From Callorhinchus milii (taxonomy: Eukaryota), in the NCBI RefSeq assembly GCF_018977255.1, contig NW_024704743.1, forward strand, positions 111,602,001-111,666,000: 64,000 bases of DNA, written 5' to 3'. Of the stretch, positions 1 through 14,310 are shown piece by piece. The stretch's first letter is position 1. Every line of letters begins with the position of its first letter. The notes beneath the pieces were generated by a model. The model did not search any database, was not told the DNA's origin, and worked only from the letters and a program-made list of their open reading frames with translations. A program made the translations under genes and the position numbers.

Positions 1-60
1 AACTGTTTAAATATTATAAGTTTAAAAGAACGCTTGGAACTGGCTACAATATAACCTGAT

Positions 61-128
61 ATATACTTCAATTGATGGCATAAATTCTTCACTTGACGGC
101 ATATATACTTCAATTGATGGCATAAATT
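61..128. repeat. 21-bp tandem repeat, about 3.2 copies
   Basis: ATATACTTCAATTGATGGCAT / AAATTCTTCACTTGACGGCAT / ATATACTTCAATTGATGGCAT. Confidence 0.85.
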
Positions 129-310
129 TTATTCTAAAACCATCTCCTAAAGTTGGTTTGGAAGGGGGCTAGGAATCAAATTAATTCCCCTAAAATCTGA
201 TTTATACTCCACTTATACTGTTGATTCAATACAGAAACCAGTCTAAATGAGGAATAAGAGAATAGTTGTAGATTCAGAAGGTTACATAATTAGTTACATA
301 GTTGTGAGCC

Positions 311-455
311 AACAACAAATTACATTTACATAGCGCAATTCACTTCGGGAAGATGCCCCAAGGCGCTGGATAATAAAGGGCTTGCACCTGAGCTGGGGGT
401 TGGATTCTGGAGGGTTGGGAGGATGACTGAAGGCACTGTCAGACCGACCTTGAAG
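311..455 (-). mobile_element. L2 LINE 3' terminal fragment
   Basis: Reverse complement matches the L2 tail (CCAGCGCCTTGGG...GCGCTATGTAAATGTAA) seen in longer copies. Confidence 0.75.
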
Positions 456-1759
456 GAGAATGAGAGCCTATCTGACAATGTGATAAGGCGCTGTATCAAA
501 TCCTGCTTATATAATTCCTGAAAGTAGTAGATGTAGCTTGGCAAGAGCCAAGGCTTGAGGATGCTGCATTGTAACTCTCAATACACATGGTTATTATACG
601 TTTTGCCCAACTCGCATAACAGATCCCACTGTATACGCAATTTAATGCAATTCCTCAGTATTCTTTCACAAAGTATGGCGCAGTAGACTCAATTGGCCTA
701 ACGATTGAGGGTCGAACAAGACACCGTGTACATAAATACAGTGCACATAAATATTATAAATAGGAACACATGTCTTTTTTTAAGGCTATATCCTAAATTT
801 GCAGGTTGCCATATCACTGGAATGACCTCTTTTAAGCTGGTATCCCATGAAACAGCACTAAAATTTTACACTACTGCCTTGAAACTCTAATGATTAACAA
901 GCTAGTCCTAAAACTATAAGTATAGGTATATTAATATAGGCAGAGTGATTATTGTTCTGCTACACAATGGGGTCAAAAAAGAAGGTTCCCAACTGGATTC
1001 ACTAATAGCAACTGTTAATGGAAAATGCTGCCAGTAACTAGCAGTACCTCAAATAAGCAACTCCCAGGACACAAACGCCAAAGTGTCAGGAGACCACAGA
1101 GTTCAAGCAAATCCTCTGTGACCTGCTGCTGATTACCACCAAGATTCCCAATGAGGAACTCTTGAACCATTAATGAATTAATGAAATCTGCTATTTTTCT
1201 ACCCCACTGACTTATTTTGCAAAATTGATTGAATGGTTATATCTATCAGAATTTTTTTGCCATTGTACTAATTCTGCGTACCAAACCATAATTACATTTA
1301 AAAATCAAGTTCAAACTGTAAAATATTCGAAGTCATCTCACTTGTAGTATTTCTTACCCTGATCCCTTGATGAGAAATCTCATTAGAATTCCCTTCAAGC
1401 CACGAGAAACTCCACTCCAGAAGTAGACTGTGTTTGAGAGGAGTTCCCACGGGTCAGTGTAACGTATTGCCCATTAACCAAAGAAGACCCCATTTGTGTG
1501 ACTCACGATTCCTTATTAAGGTATCATAGTGAGAAATTTTCCACATAAAATACAGTCAATTCACTTTATAGTATAGTGCTTTGAGACATCTCAAAGACCT
1601 GATAAGACGCTTTATCAAATGCAAGGATTATTATTTTTAATAAATACCATGAAATAGACCCCACTGTCTCAGCATCAGTGCTAGAAAACTGCATAAACAT
1701 GCATTTGTTTGTGTTGATTTTCTTTTCCTGTGGGATGTAAATATTTAAAAATCAAATAC

Positions 1760-1913
1760 CTGTTGCTGTAACGTTTCCACCTGCTCTCTGGTATTGGCCA
1801 GGTCTAATTCCAGTTTGTGGCTTGCTTGCTGGTGTTTTAACATTTCCTGTAGTGTTTTCTGCTGCTCTTGCTTTGTTACATTTAGCTCATTTTTCAGCTT
1901 CTCCCATAGCTCC
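1760..1913 (-). CDS. PMFBP1: Coding exon 16 (154 nt; ELWEKLKNEL...ETLQQQ)
   Basis: TGCCTAG|G acceptor, CAG|GTATTT donor, phase 2-0. Confidence 0.87.
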
Positions 1914-4869
1914 CTAGGCAAAAGTATAGTAGAGAGAAAAATTGAGACAATAGTTTTCAGTGCTTAGTAAAATTATTCTTTTATCCAATATTCCTATTAT
2001 GTTTTAGAAATTAATTTGTGATATCTTTTAAAAAAAAATCCATTAAAGATGTTGCGGGTTATCTGATGTATGATACTGCAAAAAGGTCCTGCTTCATAGC
2101 TCCTTCTTGGTATATATGATATGGCTGAGGACTTCCATATAAAATTCTATCTTCTCTTCTTATCAAATGATAGAAAAACGGGTGCTGTCTTAAAAAAAAC
2201 ACAATAACAGACTCCATTGCCTCAAAAGGCATTACGTTTTAATAATGGACATACAATCTAGATATTGGATACAATTATTGAAATTATTGTGTTTGGTTGC
2301 ATTTGATGTTGAGGTACACACACACAACTTCAGCCAATTTTATTTTGCTTCATAATCTGCCAGTGCACACCACTGATTAAGTAGGAATGAGGTAATTTAA
2401 ATCAATTTTCAGTCCATCTTTTCACTGATTCGCCAAGATGTCAAAAAAAGAAGATGGCCTCATATAACACGTTAAAAATGCAAAGGCTATTTGCTCCCGA
2501 ACTTAGAAAAACTAAAGACGATACAGCCAAAGATTTACAAACCACTGTAAATTTGATGATTATGCTATATTCAGTTACAACTCAGCATAAAACATCTGAG
2601 AGCATTGCCACCATTCTCCTAACCACATCCTGAACATACACATCCATAACCACTGAAAAGTGGTTTCTGGTTAGAGGTGTAGATTCTCAACAGCAGATAC
2701 TAACTCTCTACCAATCGGGGCAGCCAACAAACCCCGGACATATGAGCATGTGTTCACAAATACGGATTCCAATAAACAGCTGTTGTCCCAAACCTCAGTT
2801 TCCTTATCATCTATTCAATAGACATCTGCCTCTAGCGTGGTGGAAGAACCTATACATAACAACTTGTGACATGCCAGCTATCTTGATGTTCCAAAGATCT
2901 AAATCATAATACTAGATGCATTCATGATCAACTATTAATCTAGGTCCTCTCTGGCTGGGAAAGAAATATGTTGGCTGTGAAACCATCTCCATTTCCAGAA
3001 TGCTGAACAAGTGTAAGCTGGAGTCCACCCTCCCTGCAGATGCTTTTCCCTTTTTACCATAAATCCACCTTACAGTTTGAAAATGGACCATGAAAAAGGA
3101 AAGAAGGAAACATTTGTGCTGTCTGCTCAAAATCTCCCAACCACCATGGAGAATGGTTTGGGCACATGTCCTAAGTGGTACAAGCGTCTTCAGTGGCAGA
3201 TTGCTAAGAACCTAGAACACAACCTGCCTTCACCCCTCAAACAAAAGTAGAAAGACAACTGTCTGACATTCAAATGAACTTTACCCCAATCACAATAGGT
3301 ATTCAATCAATATGACCTATTCAATTCTAGTTGGATTTAATATACATTGAAAAATGTACAGTAGTGTAATAGCGTGGTTCCATTGCTAATAATGCAACAC
3401 TTATTATTTCTAAGGCAATAGAAAAAAATAAGTGGAAAGCGCTATATCAAATGCAAGGATTATTATATTATTATTATTATTGTTATTATTATAATAAGTA
3501 CTGCATTACTGCCAGTGGGATCACACTTTTATGAGCAGTGAATGTGTGTAAATATTATACGTCAGACATAAACCTAGGCATAAATGTTAATATTTTATCT
3601 TTTCCCCCCATTTTAAGCAAATGCTTTCATTGGGTATTGATTATCATAATAAATAAAAAATGTTATTTTTCAAGTCTCTATTAGGTAATTTTGCCTTTTC
3701 AAGCAATCAATAATGCAGTCAAATGAGTTACAAAGACCCTTATCTATTTTTAATTTGCAAGTTCACATACTTGAGGCGCTAGATCAGAAACAAGCTTTGC
3801 ACTAATGTACCGCTGAGAAAACCTGTAACACGAGTGTGCTTATCTAAAGCAATTGTCTCAGGCGACGCTCAAAGGGTTGTGACTGAAGGAAATTTAATGT
3901 AGGAAGGTCTATACTCTTTCCCTTGAGTAGACAAGTGCTGAGTTACTTGAAACGAAGAATAGTATTCTCGTGGTACACAGTGCAAAAAGATGAGGGGTGA
4001 AAATTATGTCTTGAAAGTATGGCTGTAAAAGTAAATCAATAAAGTGTCTATTTCTGCTTTTCCACCAGAGACCTCAGATCCACAGTCTCAAACAATCGAT
4101 GCTACAAATTATTGTGATTTCCAGTTCCCCAGTTGGAAATTATGAATAAAACTTTAACTATTGTCACACACAGTACAAGGAGTGGAATTATTCCAATGAT
4201 GAGGTTTTAGATCACATGGTCACACTTTACCTCAATAATTCCTTGTAGAACTGTTTAGTGCAACAGAACTCTTAGCTTTGGATTAGAACTTTTTTTAAAA
4301 CATCATTTCTGAAAGCTCATTCATCGAAATGTGCATGTTCATAATTTAAGTAAAATGTAATGTTTGCATATATAATCTACTAAACTAATGGTACAATTAT
4401 TTACGGAAATAGGGATCCTATCTACATGTAAAAATTATGCATTTGGGACTTACACATTATGATGCATTTATTGGGTTCAGAACCAGATTACTCATTTTAT
4501 GGTGTCAAATCAATTTTTCTGCTCATTTTTGTCAAACAAGGCAATGAATTTTACTGCACTAGAGTTTGTAATGAATTTTATAACTGTTGTTGTTATTTTC
4601 TAATAAATCACATTAAATTAATAAAAACAGACTTCTCACAGCGCAGTTACGAAAAAGGAGAACAGTTCCATACTACATTCTCCGTATTAGTTGCTGATGT
4701 TAGTGATTATATCCCCATTCTTCCCATTAGCCAACCCGTCCCCTGTTCTAACCATACCAACCAATGTGACCAAGATTTCCAATTCTATGCTCCTAACCTT
4801 TGAAACTCCATCTCTGAACCCCGCCCGCTCTAGGTTCTCAAGTCTCACCCAAAACCTATCTCTTCAACC

Positions 4870-5124
4870 GTGTCCAGTGTCTACTGGATAATATAAGTAT
4901 GAATCCAGATAGGCAGAATAAATAAGCAAGTTGACTGGTGGCATCACAAGTAAACTTCAGCCAATGTCCACAAAGTACCACTATCTCTCCAGTTCAGGAA
5001 TACCAAGGACAATTACTGTTACTTGGCATGAGATAAGATAACTCAGTAGCCAACAATCGAATTTAGGATCTTGGTTAAGTATTGGGCTAGTATTAAACCA
5101 GATAGTGAATTACACACTGAGCCA
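4870..5124 (-). mobile_element. Degenerate ancient tRNA-derived SINE
   Basis: Minus strand starts TGGCTCAGTG (A-box-like) with a downstream TTCGATT B-box-like motif; family not determined. Confidence 0.4.
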
Positions 5125-5197
5125 ACAATGAGTTATGGCAATTAAACATTTATATTGCAACAGAATGAAAAGTAAATTGTGAGAAGCAATAACTCAC

Positions 5198-5387
5198 TTG
5201 TATTTCTTCATCTCTTCCTCAGTAGCGTCAATGTGTTGTTTTAGTGCTTTCAGTTCTAGGTTCAACTTTCGTCTACTCTGTTCTTGCCGAACTATCTCAG
5301 ATACTCGGTCATTTAGTTGCTCCTGAGTGGCTTGTAAGTTCAACTCCATCAGACATAGCTTCTCTTCTCGATTTGCAAGCTCTTGAG
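5198..5387 (-). CDS. PMFBP1: Coding exon 15 (190 nt; QELANREEKL...EEEMKKY)
   Basis: TTGTAG|CT acceptor, AA|GTGAGT donor, phase 1-2 matches both neighbours. Confidence 0.87.
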
Positions 5388-7324
5388 CTACAATTAGATA
5401 TGTTCATTATTTTCAATACCAAAGTTACTTAATAAGTGAAAATAAAATTTCATTTGGCTACGGTACAGTATTATACACAAATTGCACGTGAACAAAATGA
5501 ACAGATACACATGTAACATTGAAAGCTAATTATGTTTTAACTCTGGTTTTTGAGGTGATATGAGCATCACCTTGGCCAAGTTGTCAGATGAGAATCAAAT
5601 ACAGTGAGCTGCTTCACAATGGAAGAATGGAAAATTGGCAGTGGTTTCCGCATAGTTCGCTATCTATTTACTGGGTGGCGACTGAGCAGTATTGACAGAC
5701 TGTGGAGTTGTTACAGCTGTCATCATTTGGGATAAAGAATGCTCAAGCTTGGAGGAAGCAAAATGGGTTAAAAAGGATTGAACAAGTATATAATGCATCA
5801 CTTAGAATAAACCAACAGATGGCACTGTCTTTCTAGGTCACAACAAATCTTACCCTTACAACATCTTACCCTGAACCATTCTTAAGATACATTTGCCCAA
5901 ACCTTTTTTGGTTTCGCTAAGGTCACAAGAAGACTGTTCAACAGGGCTTTTTTTCATAAAATGTTAACATAATCACATGAACACCTAACTTTCCTAAATG
6001 TTTTTGTGAGAAATGTATTTTACTAGTGTTAATGAGAACATGGCTTTCGATGACAACACGCTTGGAAAAACGAGCACACTTCTGGTGCAGCTAATGAGCC
6101 ACTTGAACAGTAAAAGTGAAAATCATCAATTCACAAATGCAGTTGAGGAGTGTGGAATTTTATTTTCAAATGAGATTGTGTGAGCTGTGTTGGTATAATA
6201 ACGTGCCACGGTGATAATTATGTTGGCGGGTGGATATTTCCTTTCTTCACACACAAGGAAGTCAAGTGTGGTAAAACACCAGTAGTCCTTCTTCTGTACC
6301 CCTTGCATGTCTAGTGGCCAAGCAGTCATCCACCAGTGCTTTTCATTCAACTAGGGGAGCACCTACTATTCAGCAGTGGCTGACCCATGGCCCACTTTTG
6401 CCTCACGAGGGCATTAAGAAGTAGCTGCAGAACATTTTCACTAGTCTACGCAAGTCTGCATTTGATTTTCAATATTCAATGTTTCTAGTAGCTACCAAGT
6501 AACGATATTTATTGGGTTGTCATAAATCAAGAAATATTCAAACAAGAAAACTTAATTTGGTTTGTTGACCAAAAAAGATTGGCCACTACTGTGCTATCTT
6601 ATACAACCAGCACATAAAAGTTATAACATGCAACAAAACAAAAGGCATGTAGCAAAAAGGAAAACTAAAGATGTTAGATAGTAATTCTATGACTGAAATA
6701 CGTTCATTCAAACCTGCTAGTGTCCTATTGAAAACATACGGAACAACTGGCATTGAAACACTCAGTCAGTCAGCTGTCTCTTTGTAGTAATTTGCTTCAT
6801 TTGTTAATAGTAATAGTAGTGTGCCCGTCATACTTGAGGATGACGTTGCCAACAATGAAGGAAGCACAAATTCATGGTAGATGGGTGCAATGATGTCTAT
6901 GCAGGCTGATAAGTGACAGACATCTTCTACCATAAACCTCACATACCCACGTTCCTGACAGGGGAAGGAGTGGGGGTGGGGGTCCTTCTCTAAGGATAGC
7001 ACCCCCCACCCCCATTCTCTCACTTCAGCACACCATTAACGCCTGTCGGGGAGCCAGGGTTGCATTGGTTCAAGTGTACCTTCAGTGTATCCTTGTAGCA
7101 CCATGTTGTCCACTCTGCTTTCTTCTGACATCCACCGGTTTAACTGGTACTGTTGTACACGGCAAACTGCTTCTCAAGATGTCTACAGTGAATGCATGGA
7201 AAATCCCAGTGGCAGAAGAATTGAGACATTTGGGTGACATTCACTAATTAGTGATATTCCTCTATCAGCCTTCCCCACAAACCTCAGCTTCATCTGGTCA
7301 GCTGGCACACCCAGGCATGTTCAG

Positions 7325-7830
7325 ACTCTATAGTCCTAAACCCCCAAAGCCATTAAGTCTATTGAGTCTGCTCTGAGTTTTTAATCAGTTCATTAACAGC
7401 TCTTTAACTTTTGAATCCCATTTTCTTTTTTCCACATCTCTTTGTAAATTACATTCAAAGTGTCTACCTATCTCCACTTAAACATCTCAATTTATTCTAC
7501 ATATATGCTCTTCTGGGGCAGTGTATGTCATATTCTCATAGGCCTCTGTCTGAAGAAATGCTTTATGAATTAATTTCTAACCATCTTATCTCTAGTTTTA
7601 AGAATATTACATCTCTTTGTCCTGGATTTTCCTAATTGAGATGCATGGTTCCCTACCTACGTCATCAATTCCCTTTATTCCTTTGAAGACCACATTTAGT
7701 ATTAGAGCTGTCCCTTTATTAAGGTAATTTCTGGGTAGATTTCCTCTAAGGTCAGTATACCATTCCAGCAATAGGAAATCCAAACGGAATCCAAATACGA
7801 TTTAACTGACACTGTATAACTGTAGAAATC
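7325..7830 (-). mobile_element. Degraded CR1 LINE 3' fragment
   Basis: Resembles the minus-strand CR1 copies at 27131 and 40909. Confidence 0.5.
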
Positions 7831-8795
7831 AAATATAGAACCTGCAGCATAGGGAGAAAATCTCAGTGTTTTACAAAGTCAGAAGGAGATTCTGAGCTGG
7901 GAGGGTGGTAGAGGCACAATTAAAGAAAAAGATTAGATAGGTTTTGAAAGGGGGGAGGAAGGAGCAAGGTGAAGTGATTTCAGGCGGTTCAGCAGTTACA
8001 GAGGGCAGGGAAAAAGTTGCCAAAAACTCACTATTGAAAGTGCGACTGAGAGCATAAAGCAAACTAAAGTTGGAGAAGTGAAGGGCGTGCCTGGGGGAAT
8101 AGAGCAGCAGACGATCAGAGGGTTAGAGCAAAGCTGTGGATGTATTCCAGCATGAAGATCATAAACTCAATCCAACGGAGGATAAGGAGCCATTGGAATC
8201 AGGAAAGGATGACAGTAATGGACTTCTAGAGCCAGTGTTGGAAAGGATGCCGGTGGGGGAGGGGGGAAGGTTTCACGATAGGCCTTAATATTGGGTTGGG
8301 GGGAGGAGGGGATAAAAAGAAAGAGAGAGGGAAGACGGCTGCAACTCAAAGGCACATTTTCAGTGTCGTACACGGCTGTGATGACAGCGGGCTCTTCAGA
8401 TGGCTGCCGTCAAGGATTTAGACGTGAGTAATAATAATAATAATCCTTGCATTTGATATAGCTTCTTATCATGTTAAATCCCCAAATCCCCTTAGTCTTC
8501 TTATTTGTGGTCTGCACCTGCAAACTAGCTTTAATAACTTACATACCGGGACCCTCTACCCTTTGTTCATTTACCCCAGAGAAGGATTTTGCTATACTCT
8601 ACCCATAATATAATAATCCTTGCATTTGATATAGAGCCTTATTACGTTGTTGAAATATCTCAAAGTGCTTCTCATGTATTCACATATTCCTGTATTTTTC
8701 AAAATTGGTTAACTCAGAAATCTCAGGCCCCCATGATCGAAATGTAACAACATCAAAATGAAACATTTTAACATCTTTGTATTTCTATAACGTAT

Positions 8796-9200
8796 CCTTA
8801 GAGCAGAGAAGGTTAAGGGGAGATTTAATAGAGGTGTTCAAAATTATGAGAGGTTTTGATAAGAGTAGATAGGGAGAAACTGTTTCCACTGGCAGGTGGG
8901 TCGGTAACCAGGGGACATAGATTCAAGATAATTGGCAAACAACCAGAGGGGATATGAGGAGAATTTTTTTTTAGAGAATTGTTATGGTTTGGAATGTACT
9001 GCCTGAAAGGGTGGTGGAAACAGATTCAATAACAACTTTCAAAAGGGAATTCGATAGGTATAGTACTTGAAAAGGAAAAACTTGCAAGAATATGGGGAAA
9101 GAGCAGGGGAGGGACTAATTGGGTAGCTCTTTCAAAGAGTCAGCACAGGTACGATGGCCCGAATGGCCTCCTTCTGTGCTGTAATATATTATGATTCTAT
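8796..9200 (+). mobile_element. CR1 LINE 3' end
   Basis: Encodes LEQRRLRGDLIEVFKIM (CR1 ORF2 C-terminal motif); ends GAATGGCCTCCTTCTGTGCTGTAA...ATTCTAT. Confidence 0.9.
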
Positions 9201-11689
9201 AAAAATAATGTCTAAACAAATACAATGAACAATCACCATTTCTATAACTGAGGTCTATTAATTTACCATGTATAGAGAGGGAATGACAGTCCCCCTTAAA
9301 TCTATAACTAACAAACTATGAACAGATTTTTTAAATTATGCAATTGACAAAAAACCAAAAGCTACATTTACATATGGTGGATAATAAATGCCAATGTTTT
9401 ACTAATCATAGTTTTAAAGAAAACATAGAAACAAATCTGTAAGGGGGAACTTCATTATTTGACACAAGAGAAACAAACATAGAAAAGTAGTAAATGTGGA
9501 AAGGAATACCCATCAAACAACTGTTTTGAAGGCATTTGCAAGATTTTTGTTGTGGGACAAAACATAAAACTAATGATTGCACAGCAGCAATGACTAATTT
9601 ATCAGTTTGCGGTAAAAGAAATGTTTAAACGTGTGCCTTAGGAAATCATATAACTGCTATGGATTACTAAATATTTAACACAGTACAAACATTTAAGATT
9701 CATCTTCATTAAAGACAAAGAAAAAGGGTTCACAGTAAAAAAGCTTGTTAAAGGATTAACGTTTCTTTGTAAACATAATATAGAAATCTTTAGAATCATT
9801 CTTAAAACTTCTCGGTAACTTCTCAGATACAAGACTTTTTTTTCTAAAAAAAATAAAGCAGAGAAAGCAGAAATACTGCCTTTTCTTGACAGAATTTTCT
9901 TATACACCATGAGATCTTTTACATAAAAAAAGAAACAATCAAAATAATAGTGTCAATCCTGGTTAGTAGGCACACAAATTTACACAAAAACTAACAAAAG
10001 ATGTGAAGTACAGATTAACAACCTTAACCCACATATTAACCAAGTTTATCTTAATTTTCTCAGTTCTAGTTGGTAGTGCGGCAAGGCATCAGCAGCTGCA
10101 TGCTTTATTTACATCCCTTTGGCAGACGTACAACAGCCCCAGGCTATAACACAATGTACCTAATGTGCAAGATGGCAGGTAATCTTATGTCAAACATATT
10201 CTTTTGATTTAAAGTGATCAATAGATTCTTGTAAAGAGGTAATTTCTTAGATGTTTTCACCTTGCCTTTTTCACAGGTAACGTACACAAAAGCTGCGTTT
10301 GTATATTAGAAACAATAAAAGGAAAATATAATCCTTTTTCAACAAAACTTTCCTGTCCACAACAATTTTGGATCAATAACCCATGTAATACACTTATCTG
10401 CAATGATATGCTGGCACTGGAGAAAAATTGCAATCGACCCCTAGATATAAAAAAAATGTGAACGATGTTGGTAAGTGCTATTACAGAGNAAAAAAGTTCA
10501 GATCAGTCAAATGAGGCTCTTTTTAGTCTAAACACATTCTGGAATTGACAAATAAATTATCATATCACAATTAGATGTTGATGGATTTAAGCAAAAAAAC
10601 CATAAAAATCATATTTCATATACTGCGCAGAATATAAAATATGCAGTAAACCTCACAGAATTTGTATCAGTTGGGACCATACATTTAATATGACTTATGA
10701 AAAAGTATGAGTTGTGTCAAACTTACATAGAATATATACCCTTGAATGAGACTAGGGCAGATATACGATTTAAGCTATTATATGATTTACACAGATCAGA
10801 CCTATGTGAGTTTTAATGTGCTATACATATACTGTATAGAGAATCTAAAACGTGATGTACATTTATATAGTGTAGGTAGTTCTAATTAAGTATCTAAATA
10901 TCTTGTATTGGTTATTACAAATAAATTAAAATGAATTCATATTAAAGTAATGGCATTATAAGTGTTTTATTATAACACCAAATTTTGAATTTCATCAGTT
11001 AAGCATGCAGTCTGGTAATCCAAATGTTAAAATACACATTCAGATACACAAAACTCTTCATGAACTTCTGGCAACATTAGTTGTAAAATAAGTGCGACAG
11101 ATTTGACATATCTACTGCTATTGATTTAATACATTTTGTTTGAAGCCACAACTTGCAAACATAATGAATGCACTAAACTATATAAGCACCAAGTTCACTG
11201 TTTTAAATGTACATTAAGTCAATATTATGTACATACATCAACATTTAAAGATGGCAGCAACACGTTATACTGCTGCTCAATTGTACGGCTTCGTTTAAAA
11301 TGCGCTTTTGGCATCAAACAATTTGTTACACTTAGCAAAAGGAGCAGAATAAGGCCTTAAATTGTTTATCCAACTGTCCAACAATGTATTTCTGTTCTCA
11401 TACAAAGGATTCTCAGCAATATATTCTGAACATCTCCATTTGACGTCCTGGCAATATGGCTTAAAATATAGTACTCAATATTCTCAGCAACACCCAGTCA
11501 CCAAGAGAACACAACTTAAATGTCAGCATACTGAGTGATTGACAATATGCAACAGTGTGTACAAGAAGCAATGCTGTGTTGTGCTCCACCACTATCAAGT
11601 GCTCTGGGACGCTTGAGGGGCGCTATATAAAATGCAAGTTGTTGTTGGTTTGAAAAAGTTCCAAACGACAAAAAATTACTCTTGTTTAG

Positions 11690-12045
11690 GGCCCTTCACG
11701 TCGGAAAGACGTGCCGAGGGGGGCTGGACAATCAGAGTTCTTTGGACCCGAGCTGGGAGTTGGGGTCAGGTGGGGTGGAGGGTAGGCGGGGTGGGGGTGA
11801 GAGGATGGCTGAAGACACGGTCGAAGACGAAGGTCTTTAGACGGGAGTTGAAGGAGGTAAGGGTGGGGGGTGAGGCGAAGAGATTGCAGGATAGAGTTCC
11901 AGACTGTCGGGGCAGAGATGCTGAATGCCCGACAACCAATAGTGGGGTGGGAAGCGCGGGGGACCTGAAACAGGCCGGTGGCCGCCGAGCAGAGGGAGCA
12001 GACAGGCTGATATTGGGTTAGGAGATCGGAGAGATAGGGGGGAGC
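11690..12045 (-). mobile_element. L2 LINE 3' fragment
   Basis: Reverse complement homologous to the ORF2 end and 3' UTR of the other L2 copies. Confidence 0.8.
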
Positions 12046-14063
12046 AAGACTGCTGAAAGAAGACTACCATCTTTCCTGACCAAAAGAGGACTGCCATGTT
12101 TTCTGACCACTCAAAGCCTGAGAAATTTAGTCTGCTTGCACAGGCCAATGGAACAGTCCTGCACTTACTGGACAATTGATGTAATAGATACCTTCCAAAG
12201 CTCAGCAATCAAAAACAAAGGCAGTGCCCAACTCTACTCTCTTCTGTCTTCTATGGCACCATCCCACAACATTAATTGGTGCTTTGTGCAGAATCAAGAG
12301 CCTGCAATACAATTCCTACAAGATGCTATTTCAAAATATTTTAAGCACCACATTGTTTATCTTGGAGTTGAGCACATAAACAAAAGTTGGATCCTCAATT
12401 TATTTCATTATTCAATTTTCATCAACTGAAATTAATCAATAATTTAATAAGTAGAGCATGCAGACAGCAAATTGCTCATGAAATGTCTCGTTTCAAAGAT
12501 CACAGACAGACCCTAACTTGGTCATTGCCTCACCTATTTCAGCTTGTGAGAGAAAGCTCTGCCAATTTCCATAGGTTATGAAACACACTATATTTAGCTA
12601 CAAAGTGAAGCACAAAGCAATGCCTCAATTAACGAAACAAGTTCCAAAATCAAAGGAATGCAACATTTATACAAATTATATACTTAAGTAGATAAAACAG
12701 ACTCGGATTTTATCATTTATGTGTTATTCAGTTGAATTAACTGTTAACTTAAGTATCTTGTGCTGAAAATACAATGTTATGTCTCGCAAACAGTTTGAAC
12801 TCTATTGACCCAAGGTCACCTTGAAGCGGATAAGAGTTATAGAACACCCGACCTGGCAATGTTTTGATTTCATAGTATTTATCAGGTAGCACTGTAAAAT
12901 CTTGCTTTATAAATGCAGTGTGGATCTGCAAAACTACAGTAACAATACAGCTTGACAATGTATGTTTTGTTTTGACAAGTCTGAACATTCTTCATCATTT
13001 TATAATTAATGGATTGACAGAAGAAATATATGCACAGCAGGGTATTGCTACAATCAAAGGCTGCTAAGACAAGTGATTACATAAAGTATTCATACCAACC
13101 TGTCCCTTTTAGAAAAAGAACTAGCTCATAAAATGTACTTTTGTCAGTTTGTACATTCCAAAGCTAATTAAGATTCAGTTTGCTATAACTGGTGTATAAA
13201 GATGACTTTATTAAAATGAAGAATGCAAATGGCTTTGTTGAGAAAGTAAAATTGTCATATTTGTAGATGCCTTCTCAGGCTGAACTGCCACGGGTGCTTT
13301 GCAATTTTCAAAGTAGTTACAGGATATTGTTATAATTTATCTGTATGTTATGTAAAATAATTTGGAATATAAAATATTGTAACTACAATATGATTACTAG
13401 CAATGCACGCCACTGGTTTAAAGTGTGCAGATTTTGATTTCTTGCCATGTTTTGTGTTGCATCTTTTCTCAATCATTTGCCAACATGTTTGGATGGGACA
13501 ATAAAGATTGTATTTTGCTAGAATTCAGCAATCACAGCTATTTCATTGTCTATGTCTCCCACAAAGCCTGGAACAAATTGTGAACAGTACAACAAGGGAA
13601 TAAATACATTTTAAAACTCTTCTTTTAAGTTTACTTTAACCCAAGCTGCTTCTGACATATAGCTTTTTTTCATTATAATTAAAATTGATACTAAAAGATC
13701 AGAGCTACATAAAATTGGCTGAATTTAGTTAGATAGTTAGTCTTGAAGACGTAATAAGGTGTTATATCAAATGCAAGAATCATTAGTATTATTATTTATC
13801 TTAGGGAAAAGCGGGGAAACTAATATTTTTGGCTGCAGCGTTTCTCCCACAAATATACATACAGTTAATTCACATTACAGTCTATTCTGTGAAGCGCTTT
13901 GAGACGTCTAGAAGACGTGAAAAGCACTATATCACTATATCAAAGTCCAAGGATTATTGTGTTCTGGTGTTCACACATCCTTTACATTAACAGAAAGGTG
14001 CCACAACTTGTACTGTCAATTTTTTGTGTGTTTTTATACAAGAAAACTTCTTTCCACTCTTAC

Positions 14064-14310
14064 CAGTCTCTCTGTATTGCCTATGGACATCCTGCAGCTC
14101 CTGGTTTAGATGCTGAAATTCTCTCCTCAGTGTTGTATTTTCCTTTTCAATTTGTCTCTTATTCTTTTGATAGCCCTGGATCTCCACTTTCAGGCTCTTG
14201 GCTATGGTTTCCAGATTTTCCACCTCTGCCACTTTCACTTTGATACTTTCACGAGCCTGTAGGAGATCAGTCTCTGATTTCCTCAGGAGGTCATCCCTTT
14301 TACATATAGC
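14064..14310 (-). CDS. PMFBP1: Coding exon 14 (247 nt; AICKRDDLLRK...RQYRET)
   Basis: TTTACAG|GCT acceptor, G|GTAAGA donor, phase 0-1. Confidence 0.87.

Noticed and set aside
61..128. CRISPR-like repeats
   Set aside because: Plain 21-bp tandem repeat with no unique spacers, in vertebrate DNA
2200..2900. Possible Penelope-like RT traces (LVAFDVE, YKP)
   Set aside because: Too degenerate to support by eye
8378..8420. ATGA-started small hairpin resembling a SECIS element
   Set aside because: Intronic, antisense to the host gene, lacks proper apical AA and GA-quartet geometry
10489..10489. Single N base
   Set aside because: Assembly ambiguity next to a poly-A run
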